A stretch of DNA of 64,000 bases from the NCBI RefSeq assembly GCF_009914755.1, contig NC_060932.1; one strand, 5' to 3'. Positions within the stretch are counted from its first letter, which is position 1, and the number at the start of each line of letters is the position of its first letter. The notes below the pieces were generated by a model. That model was given only the letters and a program-made list of their open reading frames with translations. It was not told the DNA's origin and did not search any database. The position numbers were made by a program, and so were the translations under genes. Shown one piece after another: positions 14,272-29,331 of the stretch. The DNA is from the human T2T-CHM13v2.0 reference genome, Homo sapiens.

Positions 14272-14468
14272 AAGGCCAGCTTTGCCTATAAAGAGCCAGA
14301 TAGTAAATATTTTAGGCTTTGTGGGCCATATGGTCTCTCTGTCCTTATAGCACAAAGACAGCCATAGATAATATGAACAGGTATAGCTATATTCCAGTAA
14401 AGTTGTGTTTATAAAAACAGGTAGTGCAATGGAGTTGGTCCATGGGCCATACTTTGCAGACTGCTGCT
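14272..14468. mobile_element. MER58A hAT-Charlie element inserted in a MIR (14250-14645)
   Basis: aaagagccagatagtaaatattttaggctttgtgggccata; MIR halves lie on both sides. Confidence 0.8.
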
Positions 14469-14686
14469 TAAAAGTGCCGCTCTGGAACCGAACTACCTGG
14501 GTTTAAATCCCAGCTCTGTTGCTTTGTGACTTAGAGTTACTCAATCTCTCCATAATTCAGTTTCTTCATTTGTACATTGGGGGTGAAATGAAGTAAAGTA
14601 TATAAAGCACTTGGGACTTCACCTGGTAGATAGATAATAATAAGCTCTGAATGTGTGTGTGTGTGTACACGTGTATGTGATTATAA

Positions 14687-15061
<375 letters not shown>

Positions 15062-15229
15062 TAAGCTAAGTTAACTTATTGAGCAACTATCTCTCTGTCA
15101 GGCATTCCAGTAATAATCGTTTACTGGACAAAGCCTAATTGTTACTGGAATTTCTAATGGACAGTAGTGCTCACTAAATATTGCCTAAGTGGTGAACAGA
15201 TAAATGCACTCTTCTCATTTACATTTTAC

Positions 15230-15545
15230 TCATCCTTCAAGTTCAAGGTTGAGTTCTCTTCCTTTAGGCGTCCTCCTTGGCAGCCCAGGCTCAGCCCATC
15301 TCTTCCTCTCTCCCTTCATGGCAGTTCACTGGGCATCACACTTGGCAGCCTTTGGTTCTCCAGAGCACTTTCCACCATCCCGCTTGTCACCACCTTCTTT
15401 CCGTGTTGATGTTGTTCACGGACTGTCTCCCTCAGTAGAATGTGAGCTCCTTACCATGGTTTGTCCAGTACCTAGGACAGTGCCTGTCAGGTGCTCAGTA
15501 ATTGTTTATTGATTAATGAATGAATGAATGAACGAATGAATGAAT
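15230..15545 (+). mobile_element. L2 3' end with (TGAA)n tail
   Basis: tagaatgtgagctcc...cctaggacagtgcctg...gaatgaatgaatg. Confidence 0.75.
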
Positions 15546-16384
15546 CCTTTCTATTATTGCAACCTGTTGTTTTCATCATTTAACCTTTCTCTGTGTATGC
15601 TTTATCTCCCAAACTACAGACTAAGTTTTTTTAAAGTTACCTCTCTGATCAGCATTTCAGGATTACTATGAAGATCAAATTAAATTACATGTGGCAGTGT
15701 CTAGCTTGGAGTTTGGTGTATATTGATGTCAATTGCATATTCCTAATTCATACTTTCTTCTCTCCGTTTCATAAATATTTGTTTTCCAGGTATCACAGAA
15801 AGAATTGAAAGGCAAGGTTGTCAGACAGATATGGCAGCTAAGACACCAACTGAGGAATGTTATCAATGTAGCTCCGTGAAATTGCCATATTTTACATCCT
15901 GCAGTTCTGCAGTCAAGTGGTGGTATTTTTGTCACAGCCCACATCAAAGCCCAGATGGCATGAGGGAGGGATGGAAATGGGGCTCCATAACCCTCAGGAA
16001 CTCTGAAGATTTCATCTCCTAAGTGGTATTGTCCATCTGTTTCTGCAACTTCCTTAGCAACTTGACAAGTAAATCCTTAAATAGTAACTGCCAGCAGTAT
16101 TGCAGTTCTTTGTCTTTCTGACTAGGTATGAAAGCCAAGAAGGCAGCCCTTTGTAAATGGTGTCACTGTTTGAGATGTTTGCGGGCTGCTTGCTCTTCTA
16201 GATCCACATGGCCTTTCAGTTTGTCTCCACGGGAGGTCTATGCTTGGTCATGATCAGCTGACACTCATAAATCCTGTGTCTGGACATCTGTCACTCCTGC
16301 CAGTCCAGCATCCCTTTCTTGAAGTAGCAGCTACCTGATTTTCCTTGGGACCCCTCTGAGTCTCAGATTCAGAAGGCTAGGGTG

Positions 16385-16692
<308 letters not shown>

Positions 16693-17534
16693 CTAGGGTG
16701 AAGAAGGTGCCCTTTGGATAATTATTTATTTAGGGAACTATCCTGAGAAGTATGTCTCCTTTTAAAAGAAATATGTGAAAATAATGTTTGTTCTCACAAC
16801 TTCGATCTCCTGGATAGTTCTGTCTCTGAAGAGATTTTTTTATTGTTGTTGTTTTTCTTAAAAACAGAGAAACATTTTGTTAGACATTGTAGTTTGATTG
16901 AAAGTCGGCTGGCCAGGCCTGCAGAGATGATGAGTATGTTCAGACATCGAATAGATTTCTTGTCTTAGATGATGTTTTTCAAATCAGAGCTTTGTGGTTT
17001 TACTTTATGATTTTTTTCAGATGACTCTGGTTACGGTCACCACCAGAGTGCTCAGTGCTGTTTACTATTCAACTCCGCAGGAGCCAGAATCCAGACGCTG
17101 GGAAATGTGAATGTTCCAATATGGCTGACCATCATGGAATGGGATCAACAGATGGAAATAGGAGGCTTCATCTTCTTCATCTTGGTCCTGAGGCTCCATC
17201 AGCCAGGTTTCCAGCACACATTAAACCCAGGTATAACAACGACATGGCCCAGATTTTTCAATCTTCATTTCAAAAGTGTCCCTTTGTCTCCCTCTATATC
17301 TGGTTGGTCAGCTGTCTTGATTTTTGCGTTGGGATCCAAAGTTACTACAAAACTAGCGCAATTGGTTTAATATCTTCATTAACTGAATTCTTGGGTCCTC
17401 TGCCCATCTCCTTTCTCCTTCATAAGTTCCTCTTGTTCTTCCTGCCTCTGGAATATGGGTCTTGGCTTTCAGCCATTCCCATGGCAAATTAACCCTTCAA
17501 TCTTAATGACCACTGTAGTGGACAATGTTAGTGC

Positions 17535-17880
<346 letters not shown>

Positions 17881-18073
17881 CTAGAGGCGACTAGCAGTTT
17901 CCATTTCTCCCTCCACAGCCCTGAGACCATTAACTGCTGACTGTCAGCCCAGGAGCATGAAAGCCCAGCTCAAATCGGGGTGACTCTGAGGCATTTCTTA
18001 CCAACCGTTTCCCAAGGGAGCAAGGCTGAGGCTTCCCCTTGCAAGCCTGTTCCTTAGATCTCACCTTGCTTCA

Positions 18074-18526
18074 TGTTATGGGGTGCATTGTATCTAACCC
18101 AAATTTTCATGTTGAAGTCCTAACCTCCCCTACCTTAGAATGTGAACTCATTTGGAAATAGGGTTGTTGCAAATATAATTACTTAAATTAAGATGAGGTC
18201 ATACTGGAGTAGATGGGTCTCTAATCCAATAGGGCTAGAGTCTTTATCAAAAGAAGACATTTGGACACAGACACATACACAGAGAGGACACTGTGTGAAG
18301 ACGAAGACAGAGATTGGAGTGATGCATCTGCCAGCTGGGGAATACTGAAGTCTGCCAGCAGCCACCAGCAGCCAGGAGAGGGACAGGGTGCAAATTCTCC
18401 TTCACAGCCCTCAGAAGGAACCAACCCTGCTGACACCTTCGTCTTGGACTTTCAACAATATGATTCTGTTGTGTAAGCCATCCAATTTGTGCTACTTTGT
18501 CATGGCAGCTCTTGGAAACCAATACA
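18074..18526 (+). mobile_element. MLT1B/C MaLR LTR nested in an LTR16-like element (~17890-18655)
   Basis: tgttgaagtcctaacc...gatgaggtcatactggagtag...ccctcagaaggaaccaaccctgctgacacc...aataca. Confidence 0.85.
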
Positions 18527-18669
18527 CTGAGCTCCCTCCATTTCCCTTCCGTGCTCCTCACTCCTTCACTGGTCTCCTCCAGGAGGACTTCTGTGATAAA
18601 CCACTTGTACATGAATCCTCAACTTGGGGCCTTACTCCTGAGAACCTGAACTCAGAGAGGTGTCAGGTG

Positions 18670-19510
18670 TCCCTCACCAGCCCGGTCTCTCCTGTGCTAC
18701 AGACCTCAGTACCCATTGCCGACTGGACACCTCTACCTGGATGTCCCACAGATACTTCAAACTTGATCTAACAAAACCAGGCTTGTCACTTCTGAAGTAT
18801 CTGTGTTCCTAGTTCTGCTCCTCTAAGGTGTAATGGCACCATCAAGCTTCAGACGGCTCCTATTAGAAGCCCTGAAAGCTACCCTTGCCTCCTTTGCTTC
18901 CCTCACTCCCTTGGAGACCATCATTGTCTAAAGCCTGCCAGGTTTCCTCTAAGCTCCCAGATCTGTCCTCCCAACTCTGATCCTACCTGCTCCTGCCCTG
19001 GCCAGATGTTCCTTTGTGTCCCTTGAACAATTTCACTAGTTTTCTAGTCCCCAATCTTCCCTTTTCTATGCCTCATATGACTGCCAGAAGGTTTTCTTGA
19101 CACAACCCAATGATGTTATTCTTCCTCTTAAAGCCCATCAGTGGCTGCCTATCACTAACAGATGAGATCCAAACTCCTTGGCATGGTGAGCCTAGCCCTT
19201 GCCCCACGTGGCACCTTCCTCACAGATCTCACTGAGCCATCTGGAGTTCCCCGGGTATGCCATACTCTCTCCTGCTTTTTGTCTTTGTTCAGGTCTGGGT
19301 CTCCTCCTTTCCTCATTACCTGGCTGGATAACTCTTGCTTGCCCTCTAAATCTCTCCTGAAGCTCTGCTCCGTGAAGCCTCCCAGCCACTCTGCACACCA
19401 ACATCCCTGTGAGCCCTGGATGCCTTGGCCACACTCCAGGGTGTCGTCTGTCCATCACTCTGAATTGTAATTGTCTGTGCTTCCCATTGGACCAGGGGCT
19501 CTGTGAGGAG
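18670..19510 (+). mobile_element. L2 ORF2/3' fragment
   Basis: acacctctacctggatgtcccacag, tccaaactccttggcatgg. Confidence 0.7.
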
Positions 19511-21681
19511 CAAAGGAAAGCACACCACAAGAGCCAGAGGGAGAGAGCTTGGCAGAACTCTGGAGGGAGCCTTTCCAAGACCTGCTTTTAGTGGAAGCTA
19601 CAAAACCTCCTGGGAGGAGACTGAATTCCATGTTGGTGTTGCACTATTGCTTTAAAGGTGACTTAAGCTCTTTGTTAGGAAACCAATGGTGTTTTCTTTG
19701 ATGCCATGTTCCTGAAAATTACTAGTCTAAGATTAACCTTATCACCCCTCTCTCCTTTCCCCTATTAGTGCCACCCTTTCCCTGGGACCAGCAGACAATT
19801 GTACCCATTATTTTCTGGTTCTAAGGAAGGATAAACTTCCTTCTAAGGCTTCAGGGATGACAGATGCCTTCTTGGGTAGGTAAGGAGACTGAAATTAAAA
19901 CTCAAGAAGGTGGGATTACGCCTAACTTTAGGCCTATTAGTCTTTTCATTTTCTGCCTCTTGTCTGTTGTTTTAATGTAAAGCTTTCCCCTCTTTTAAAG
20001 AAATAAGAAGTCATCTGCATTTTGAGTACTAGATTAGGATACAAATAATGAGTATCTTCAATGCTTTACTTATTTAAAAGGCATTTTATTTTTATCCTCA
20101 CAAAGTTTACACTAAAAATCTGTGCTCTGCAATTCTCTTACATGATAGTAATTTATTTGGCAGGCATTTACTAAGCACCTACTATGCGCCAAGCACTAGA
20201 CTAGGTTCTGGGAATGCAAAAGTGATTTAGAATGAAGTACCTTCTCTGATGCCAAGACACTTAACAAGAGCATGATGTGATTGGCAGATGGCTAGTTATT
20301 CCTCAATCTCCCTTCTCTCATTCTTCATAATAGTGGAGTTTTCTCAGTCCCTTTGGACATCTGTGGCAGATAGTGAGAGAAGGATGAGACCTTGAGAGAC
20401 CAGGAGAAAAGAGCAAGGATAGGGCATGGGAGTAGGAGTGGGGACAGTTGCCAGGAGTAGAGAGGAAGGAATCTTTGCAGCAACATGTGACCTACACTTC
20501 AGGTCTGCAGGGCCTGCCCTTTAGACCCACTCCATAAATGTTGATTTCAGTTTCTTTTACAATTCCAGATTTTATGCTTATGAAAAGTCATATGGCAAGG
20601 TTGCTTGCTCAAATACTCACGAGAATGACCCATAGACCGAATTTGTTCCAGCTGCAGCCCAGCTGGTGTTTATGACAGACTTGTTAGCAGCTTTGAAATA
20701 GAGAAATAGAAGTTGCAAAAAAATTCCAGTTCCATCCTCTCCATTTAATCTTCTCCATGTTGGAAAAAAAAGATAAGCTGCTCCCAATATTTAAAAGCTT
20801 TCTATAAAATAAATTGCAAGTAGCTACAAAATTCTGGTATCTGCATTTTCTGACTGCAGATCTTCTCATTCAACCCTAAGTCTCTTTAGTTTTTAATATA
20901 TGTCATTCTTTATCTCTTCTAAAATAAATGAAAGGACAGTTGGATCTTTGGAGGCAGCTGTTGCTCCTCCAAGTTAAGGAATCTCTGTTCCAGAAATTTC
21001 TCCTTCCCTGCCTACATTGATTTCCCAACAAACAAGCTTTGACCAAGCTTGCCAAGCAAGCTTTCTTTTCCCCTTCCAACCTTGCTGTCAGGACAACATT
21101 CCTGCCACACTCCTCCCCAAGCTCAGACACTAGACCATGTACTCCCTCCTTCTATCATCACTTGAATTTCAGGAAGCAAATCCTTTGACTCAACCAGAAG
21201 AGGATTACTTAGTGCTTTCTTCATTCTTCATTTTAATTTTCATCTAAATGCATCAACACTCTACCATCTGAGGCTTTGATTTTCTTTTAACTACAATTCA
21301 AGTGTTTTTAAGATTTAAAGACTCATCTTTCTGTCTCCTGTTTTTATTTTGCCATTTGGATTAGTCAGACAAAGTCCTTTCTTTGCAAGGAAATTGTCTT
21401 TGCAAGTTGGGGTTTATTCATCTCCTAAAAATATTCTTGGGGCATGTATAAAGCTAGAAATGCATGTGTAATATGCCAAGCATGTAAGTACAAAGACAGA
21501 ATTTTTGCACATAATTTCAGCCATTCAGTTATTTCCAGGTTCATAGTCTCTTGTAATATGTAAGCTTTCACTGGCCACACTATGGAAAACTTCCATTTCT
21601 TTCAATGGTTGAGATATGAGATTCTTTGTGAATTGTTTCTTCTGGCTAGATGAAAATTACTAAAATGGCATTAGTAATCAC

Positions 21682-22105
21682 TATATTAGTCTGTTTTCTG
21701 TTGCTTATAAGAGAATACCTGAAACTGGGTAATTTATAAAGAAAAAAATTTATTTCTTACACTTACAGAGGCTGAGAAGTCCAAGGTCGAGGGCCTGCAT
21801 CTGGTGATGGCCTTCTTACTGGTGGGGACTCTGAAGCATCCTGAGGTAGGCAGGGCATCACATGGTAAGTGGGCTGAGTGCGTTTGTGTACTAGCCCAGG
21901 CTCTCTTCCTCTTCTTATAAAGCCATCCATTCCACTCCCATGATAATTCATTAATCCATTAACCCTTTAATCAATTAATCCATGATGGATTTATCCATTC
22001 ACTGGGGCAGAGCCCTCATGATCCAATCACCTCTCAATCCTGAAACATTTGTGTTCAAGTTTCAACATGAGTTTTGGAGGGGACAAATATTCCAATCATA
22101 TAACA
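21682..22105 (-). mobile_element. MST (MSTC-like) MaLR LTR
   Basis: tattagtctgttttctgttgc...gaggctgagaagtccaaggtcgaggg...ggcagagccctcatgatccaatcacctc. Confidence 0.85.
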
Positions 22106-22916
22106 ATGGCCCGTGTCCAAGTAAGCCCACAGCAGTGTGTACTTAACCTTAGAACCACCCAGAACATTCTTGAATCTTTCTCTCATGGTTCAGGAGGTCT
22201 TCTCGGTCTCTCAGTTTGTTACTTAGGGCATCACTAGACTATTGATTATCCATAGTGGCAGGAATATGTCAATTATTTGAGCTTCCCAGAAAGAATTTGA
22301 CATTCTGAACAATTAGAAGTACACTTGAAAACATATCAATAAATATGTTGACATATAAATGGCCACATTTTCGAGCAGGCTAAATGTTAACAGATAAGAA
22401 ATGATTTGGCCATAAAATAGATAAGCAGATACAGATGCTGAGATTCAGTTGCTTTATTTTTTTTTCAGGTTGGAGCAGAAGGAACAGCCAGGGAAATGCA
22501 TCCATTTAACCTTCCAGACTCTGGAGTCCACCTTCTTTGTTTTAAGTAAATTTTAGATGCAGAGGCCATGAACTCAGCTTATAATCAGCCTTATTGCTCA
22601 TTCACTTATTCCATATTCAAGATATTTAATGCTCATATTGCTCTGACAACATGCCAAGGATCTTCAGCTGACACCTCCCTGCATACTCTACTGGGTGATA
22701 TCTCTTCTGATTTGTTTTTGTGACTGTTCTGATTAGTTGGACTCATGCTATACAGGTTATTCAATATTTTGAATAACATCCTTGACTTATAAAATTGTAA
22801 TGGGATAATAGTTTATAGTATCAACCAAGGTTTGTTTGTTTGTTTTCTTTTTCCCTCAAGAATCTCATTATATTCCTGATACTTCCTCAATCAATGTGTA
22901 AGAGCATTCCAGCCTA

Positions 22917-23380
22917 TGGTATTAGTCAGGATAGGCCAGACTGTGCTGCAATAATAAACAGCTGCAAAAATCTCAATGGTTAAACACACAATAGTTTATT
23001 TCTCATTCATGCTACATGTTCATTGTGGGTCAGTGAAGGACTTTGCGCCATATAGTCACTCAGGACTCAGGCTAAAGCAGGTGCCGTCACCTTGTAGCTG
23101 TATCATTTGAGTGCATGTCCTCCTTGATAGGCACAGCAGAAGAAAGCACATAAAATTGTACATGGATGTAGGTATGTGGCAGTCATTATTTTCACCCATA
23201 TTTCATGGCCAGAACTGGTCAAGTGGCCCTGCCTAACTGCAAGTGCTGGGCAATGTAAGAGACCAAATGGAAGTTTTGCCTCATGGGAAAAAAGACTCAG
23301 CAAATGTGCTGAGAAAAGAAAAAAGTGTCAACTGAGTTTTAAAATAAACTATCAAAACATTTGGTAATGAGCATATCTTG
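22917..23380 (-). mobile_element. MLT1J/K-like MaLR LTR
   Basis: ttagtcaggataggc...tgctgcaataataaaca...tttatttctcattcatgctacatg. Confidence 0.7.
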
Positions 23381-23783
23381 GAGACAAAAAAATATGAAAT
23401 TACAAGTACCAGGCTTTGAGCCTCAGAAACCATACCTAAAGAACTCAAGAGCAAAACATATATATTTATAAATATAAACAAGAGATAAAATACGTGAAGA
23501 GTTCTAATGATTGCTGGAAAAGAGAGATAAGTCCGAGAGAAGAGTAATGGGGTTAGAAACTCGTATACAACTCTGCAAAGGGTCCTCCTGGGTTGAGACC
23601 CAGGGTCAGGGTATGCATGTTAAAAATCCTGAGTAGGTTTGGTAATATTCAGGAGCAGGAGCAGAGCAGACCTGGACCTCTCTTCCCAGGAGAGTCTTGT
23701 GGATAAGTCTCTTATGAGAGTATGGGTATGACAAGCTAGAAATGGCAGCCTATGTGTCCAGGAGGAAATGGTCTGAGATAGGC

Positions 23784-24145
23784 TATATTAGTCCATTCTC
23801 ACACTGCTATAAAGAATACCTGAGACTGGGTAATTTATGAAGGAAGGAGGTTTAATTGACTCACAGTTCCACATGGCTGGGGAGGCCTCAGGAAACTTAC
23901 AATCATGGTGGAAGGTGAAGGGGAAGTAAGTGCCTTCTTCACAAGATGGCAGGAGAGAGAGAGTGCAAGGAAAACTGCCACTTTTAAACCATCAGATCGC
24001 GTGAGAACTCCCTCACTATCACAAGAACAGCATGGGGGAAACCACCCCCATGATCCAATCAGCTCCCACCGGGTCTCTCCCTCAACACGTGGGGATCACA
24101 ATTGGAGATGAGATTTGGGTGGGGACACAGAGCCAAACCATATCA
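23784..24145 (-). mobile_element. THE1 (THE1D/C) solo LTR
   Basis: Canonical THE1 sequence with 5-bp TSD taggc (23779-23783 and 24146-24150). Confidence 0.92.
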
Positions 24146-24559
24146 TAGGCCTTTGCATTTCTCATTTCCTAAGAGAGCACAAACAAACATCCAAAAGTTT
24201 CTGGGATTCCCCAAGGAAGTGTCAGATGCCCAAGGGAGAGGGCTAGAGAACCTGAGAGGGCCTTGTGCTTAGGATAAGGGGGATGCAGGGTGTGGGAAAA
24301 GACAGATGACCAGGGAGCAGATGGAAAACTCAGATGCCACAGAGACACCAGCAGGGAAGACTAATGACTGGACCTGCAGGGCCATGAGGATCTTGAGGAC
24401 AGATGACTAAGAACCAGATCTGCCCTCCTCTCAGATTCTTGGACACTCTTGACATCCTTGCTTTAATGTGCAGCCTCTTAACCTGTGATCAAACTCTCCT
24501 CCATCCCTGACCCCTATGTGCCTCAGTCCCAGGACTGGGTCCTGGTCTCAGTTCTTGCC

Positions 24560-25136
24560 CACATGCAGGACTCACTGGCATTTGTTGATGTATCAGACAC
24601 ACCTGGACTGCTTCAGACTCTCTCAACCTCATCTATCTTCGGGACCCTTGGGGACTAGAGCCCAGAGTCTCTGGGTCCATACATCACTTTTGGCCTCAGA
24701 TGAAGTGCCACACCAAAGGGGGTGGAGTCTGGCTTCCTTGGTGACTACGTGATGAATCCCCAAAGTAGAAGGGAGGTAACTCTGAATCCCCAAAGTAGAA
24801 GGGAGGTAACTCCTCTTGGGGCACACTTTGACCAAGGCGAAGCATGTTACAGTGTAAACGGATGGACTAAATACTTCTGTATTCCTCTCAGTGAGGGACT
24901 GTTCTGAAGGGTAATGTTCTTCTACAGCTTACCTGGAGATGTCTCCCATGGCCAGGTGGCTGGCTGTATCTGTGAAGCAGTGGGCCTCTCAGTAGCACTA
25001 CTCTATATTGGCTTCTTACTCTTCCCTGCCTTTCTTTCCTTTCCCCTCATTTTCCCAGCCCTAGGGTTTTCTTGCAATAAAGCATTGCACTTAAGCTTTG
25101 TCTCAGCCTGTTTTCTAGGGAAGGTAGGCTAAGACA
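24560..25136 (+). mobile_element. ERVL LTR (LTR16/33-like) with an internal 30-bp tandem duplication
   Basis: Ends aataaa...gtctcagcctgttttctagggaaggtaggctaagaca; tgaatccccaaagtagaagggaggtaactc occurs twice (24753-24812). Confidence 0.55.
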
Positions 25137-25264
25137 TTTGAAGATGTCCCATGTGTCGGGAAGTGTATGAGGTAATTTCACATATGTGATTCCATTTCAC
25201 CTTTACAACAACCTTGGGCAGGGAGGGCATGACTTGACAAGGTCACCCATGAGCAAAGAGTGGA

Positions 25265-25675
25265 ACTCAAATATTTTTCATTGAAAAAGCAGTTACTGAC
25301 CATGTTCTAGGCATCGGGAATACTGTGGTGAACCATTCAGACACAGCTGCTACTCTTGTGAAACTTATGGTCTGCTGGAGGAGGGCACATAATAACAAGT
25401 AAACAAATCCATAAACAAGATAATTGCATAATGTGCCAAGTTCTAGGGAGACAAATAAGGCTATGTGATAGAGTGTGACTGGGAGAGGGGACACTTTTTT
25501 TCCATGTAGTATTGAGGGAAGGCCTCTCTGAGGATGTGACACAAGGGCTGAGGCCTAAATGATCAGGCAGCCATGGAAAGTTTTGGAGGAAATGTTTTCC
25601 AGGCAGAGAAAACAGCAAGTACAAACACCTTTAGGCAGGAACGAGCTTGGAGAGTTTGGGAAGGAAGACCAGTGA
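25265..25675 (-). mobile_element. L2a fragment
   Basis: agggaaggcctctctgaggatgtgaca, ttccaggcagagaaaacagcaagtacaaa. Confidence 0.8.
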
Positions 25676-25748
25676 TTTTTTTCATCATACTATGCTTGGC
25701 CTAGGGTCTGGCTTTGAACATTCCAGGCATGGCAGTGACAGTGATACT

Positions 25749-26277
25749 TGTATTCGTTATCTATTGCTGCATGACAAGGTATCCCAAAACTGAGTGGCTG
25801 AAAAAAGCAACAATCATTTTTTTCATGGTTTCTGTGGGTGAGGAACTTAGGAGCAGCTTAACTGGTCAGTTCTTGTGTAGGTTCTCTCATGAGGCTGCAG
25901 TCAGGATATAGGCTATGGCTATATCATCCGAAGACTTGACTGGGGCCAAAAAATTTGTTTCTAAGATGACTCAGTCACATGGTTGGTTAGTGTTAGCTGT
26001 TGGTGAACAGCCCCAGTTCCTCCCTAACTGGGCCCCTCCAGAGGACTCTAGTTTCCTCTTGACACGCGACTGGCTTTCCCCAGAGTAAGTGATCCAAGAG
26101 AGTAGGGCAGACACCACATTGTCTTTGATGGTCTATCTTTGGAAGCCATATACCATCATTTCTGTATTGTTCTTTTAGCCACGCAGACCTGCCCTGAAAC
26201 AGTGTAGGAGGATACTACCCAAGATTGTAAACACCAGATGACAAGGATTGGGGCCATATTGAAGACTGCTTACCACA
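25749..26277 (-). mobile_element. MLT1 (F/G/H-like) LTR, followed by another MLT1 fragment to ~26768
   Basis: tgtattcgttatctattgctgc...ttctctcatgaggctgcagtcag...cttaccaca. Confidence 0.75.
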
Positions 26278-27277
26278 GTGCCCAAATGCTGTAACAATAT
26301 CTAGTTTGATGTGCTCTCTTCCCTCTCTTGGTTTGCCTTCATTCACAAACTATCCCTATATAGGAAGATGGATCTCAAAAGCTCCAGGCTTCTACATTTC
26401 AAGTCTAAAATAAAGGGCCTTATTTTTCCCAATATCTCCAAGAAAATCCCTGGAATTGAATCCCATTGACTTTGAGTACATGCTATCATTTCTGCATTAT
26501 TCTGTTGGCCACACAGATCAACTCTGAAACAGTGAAGGATACTGCCCAAGATCGTTGGGTGTGAAGATTGTTCATCAAGATAATTGGCTTGATCCATTTC
26601 TTGCTCAATGTCTATGACTGGGGGGAAGGGTGGGGTCAACCCCACCAAAGTCACATGGACTGAGAGTCGAGGAGATGCAGTGTCCTCAAAGGAAAACTAG
26701 GGTTTTATTATGAGAAGAAAGTAGAATGGATAGCGGGTGGGTGGAAATAGCAGGTGTGTGTACTACACCTATAATCAGGATCTCTCCTCCCCTTCATCCT
26801 TATCCAAGTTGGCCCTTAGAAAAATGGAAATAATTTGAAAAGTTCACTTTGATTGAGGTACTAAAACAACCAATGTCACATTAAGAGTTACTCTTCTTTG
26901 CATTTGAAAAGGGAATATGATTTTATTCCCAAAGAATGAAACTATGATGAGGTAATTTCAGGCATTCATAAAAACGACATGGTAGTCTTTTGGGATAGGG
27001 AAGTGAAAGTGTCCTGATGCCTCTCAAATCAGGCTATATCTACAGTCATATTGCCAACCACCCTGCATCTATCTTATGTCACTTTTTAAAAATAGTTTTA
27101 CTGAGGTATGCTTGATGTACAATTACTCATATTTAAAGCATATGAGTTGATAAATTTTAAATATGCATACATCCAGAAACCAATCAATAAAATCTCTGTT
27201 GTTATTAGCTGTGTAAACATTTAGAATTGTTATGTCCTCTAGGTGAATTCACCACTTTATCATTAAAAAATGACCTT

Positions 27278-27583
27278 GTTTTTTCTTTTTTTTTAGAGAC
27301 AGGGTTTCACTCTATCATGCAGGCTGGAATCCAGGTATGCCATCATTGCTTACTGCAGCCTTGACCTCCTGGGTTCAAGCGATCCTCCTGTCTCAGCCTC
27401 CTGAGTGGCTGGGACTATAGGTTTGCATCACCATGCCCAGCTATTTTTTTAAATTTTTGTTTGTATTTTGTAGAGACAGGGGTCTCTCTATGTTGCCCAC
27501 GCTGGTCTTGAACTCCTGGCCTCAAGAGACCTTTCTGCCTCCCAAAGTGCTAGGAAATACAGGTGTGAACCACTGGACCTGGC
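27278..27583 (-). mobile_element. AluJ within L1 fragments
   Basis: cagccttgacctcctgggttcaagcgatcc; aaatgac flanks both sides. Confidence 0.9.
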
Positions 27584-28844
27584 CAGAAATGACTTTTTAA
27601 AATCCCTGGTAATATTCTTTGCTCTTAAATATACGCTATCTGATATGAATACAGCACTTACTTTATTCCCAGCATTGTTCCAACCACACGCCATTGCATG
27701 CATTGCTTCATCAAACTTCAGCAGTAACCTTACAAGCAAGGTGTAGGGAATTTAGGTAGTTTGTTCAAGATCAAGGTTTGAACCTGACTTTAGAATCCAC
27801 CTTATTCACCAATACAACATTAAAAGGAACTGTATCGAGCCATGGAATTAAAATAAAACAATTATAATACTTTGAGAATGAGGCATTTCATGTCAGAATA
27901 TCAGATAAAGATAGCCAGGCAAAGTTACCTCTGCTCTCTGAATGCAGTATTTTTCTTTTGAAAACTCACGCACAAGAACCCCCTTGGAGGCTTGCTTGCT
28001 TTGACAGCTCATAGAGGTTATTCACTCAGCTTTTAGTCCTCTACTTCCTCAGACAAAAGTTTTTGATTCACTTTAAAAATGAAATGTATGTTTGTAATAG
28101 CAGAACCTTATTGCACTAAATTCTTTTCCTTTGAAGCTATTCAGTGAAAGTTATTGTAATGAACCATAAAGTCAATAAACAAACACAAAATAAACTATTC
28201 TGCCATCTGAGTTCTGCTTTTGCTTTTAGAGTCTTGTATGAGATTTATGCTTTCAAATCATATTTCTCTTGTAGTAGTTTTAGAGGAAAGGTGGTGGGTG
28301 TGTCCATATTTAGTTAACAATATGATCATTTCTTTAATAAAAGGAGACTAAATCAGCATATCCTCAATCACATGTTCTAGGTACCAAATTTATGTTATTT
28401 GTTTTGCATGACTGCACTCTATGTTACGTATTCTTATTTCCATTTTACAAATAAAGAAACTGAGGCCCAGATTTACATAGCCAATAAGTGGGACAGCGGG
28501 ATTATGCAACCAGGTCTCTCTTTGGCACACACTGTGCTTTCTGCCTACTATCAGACAACACACCTATTATAATATTTTTTTCATAATTTATATTTATTAA
28601 ATGTAAAAGCTAAAGTAAATTAAGAACATAAAAGATTTAATATTGTAATTTCTGATTTTAAAAGAAAGCATATTTCTGGAGAAAAGCAGTGTAATTGGGG
28701 CTTGATACTTGGCTTCGTGAAGTTTAGAATTAGCGTGCTAAGTTGTGGATTGGAACACAGAGTGCTGTAATCTGTATTTCAAGGTTGACAGCTAATACAC
28801 ATTCTGAACAAACTATTGATGCACACAATTGCGCTGTGATGTTT

Positions 28845-28863
28845 TGGCCAGCAGGTGGCGATA
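28845..28863 (+). promoter_or_regulatory. CTCF motif (forward orientation)
   Basis: TGGCCAGCAGGTGGCGATA is a near-consensus CTCF core in non-repeat sequence. Confidence 0.72.
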
Positions 28864-29131
28864 TTGTGTCACAAGGGACGAGGTAAAAGGTGGGATTTCG
28901 TTTCCCTATCAACTACTGTATTTTGGAGTAAAACGATGGGTTCAGATTTGATTTCTTTGAACTCTATTTCCTTATATGAACAAGGAGACACAAATATTTC
29001 AGGCGACTTTCTTAGGCGGCGATTAGATATCAGGTTGCTCTCCTTAGACCTCAGTGAAGAATGGATCAGCACTCCAGAATCCTTACCTGAGAGCCTCTGC
29101 ACTCTGCCAGGGACTTCTTGGCTCCTGAAAG

Positions 29132-29331
29132 CAGGTGCTTGTCACTGGGTTCAGAACCACCTGATGGAAAGGTAGCTCCTTAACATGGCAATGGATATTA
29201 TAGTACATCTCTAGATCTAATAATTTCAGCTATTAAAATCCCATTCATAAAGTGAAGCACAGGAGAAAAGAAAAACATTTAATAGAGATGAATTCACATA
29301 GCTTATTTGTGAGAGAGACACCAAGCTTCTT
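29132..29331 (+). repeat. 200-bp dispersed direct repeat, copy 1
   Basis: About 90% identical, without gaps, to 30477-30676. Confidence 0.93.

Noticed and set aside
17021-17230. 210-nt plus-strand exon candidate (tttttttcag ... CAG/GTATAA) with one open frame
   Set aside because: The peptide resembles nothing I recognise, there are no partner coding exons, and the acceptor may simply reflect the T-rich strand.
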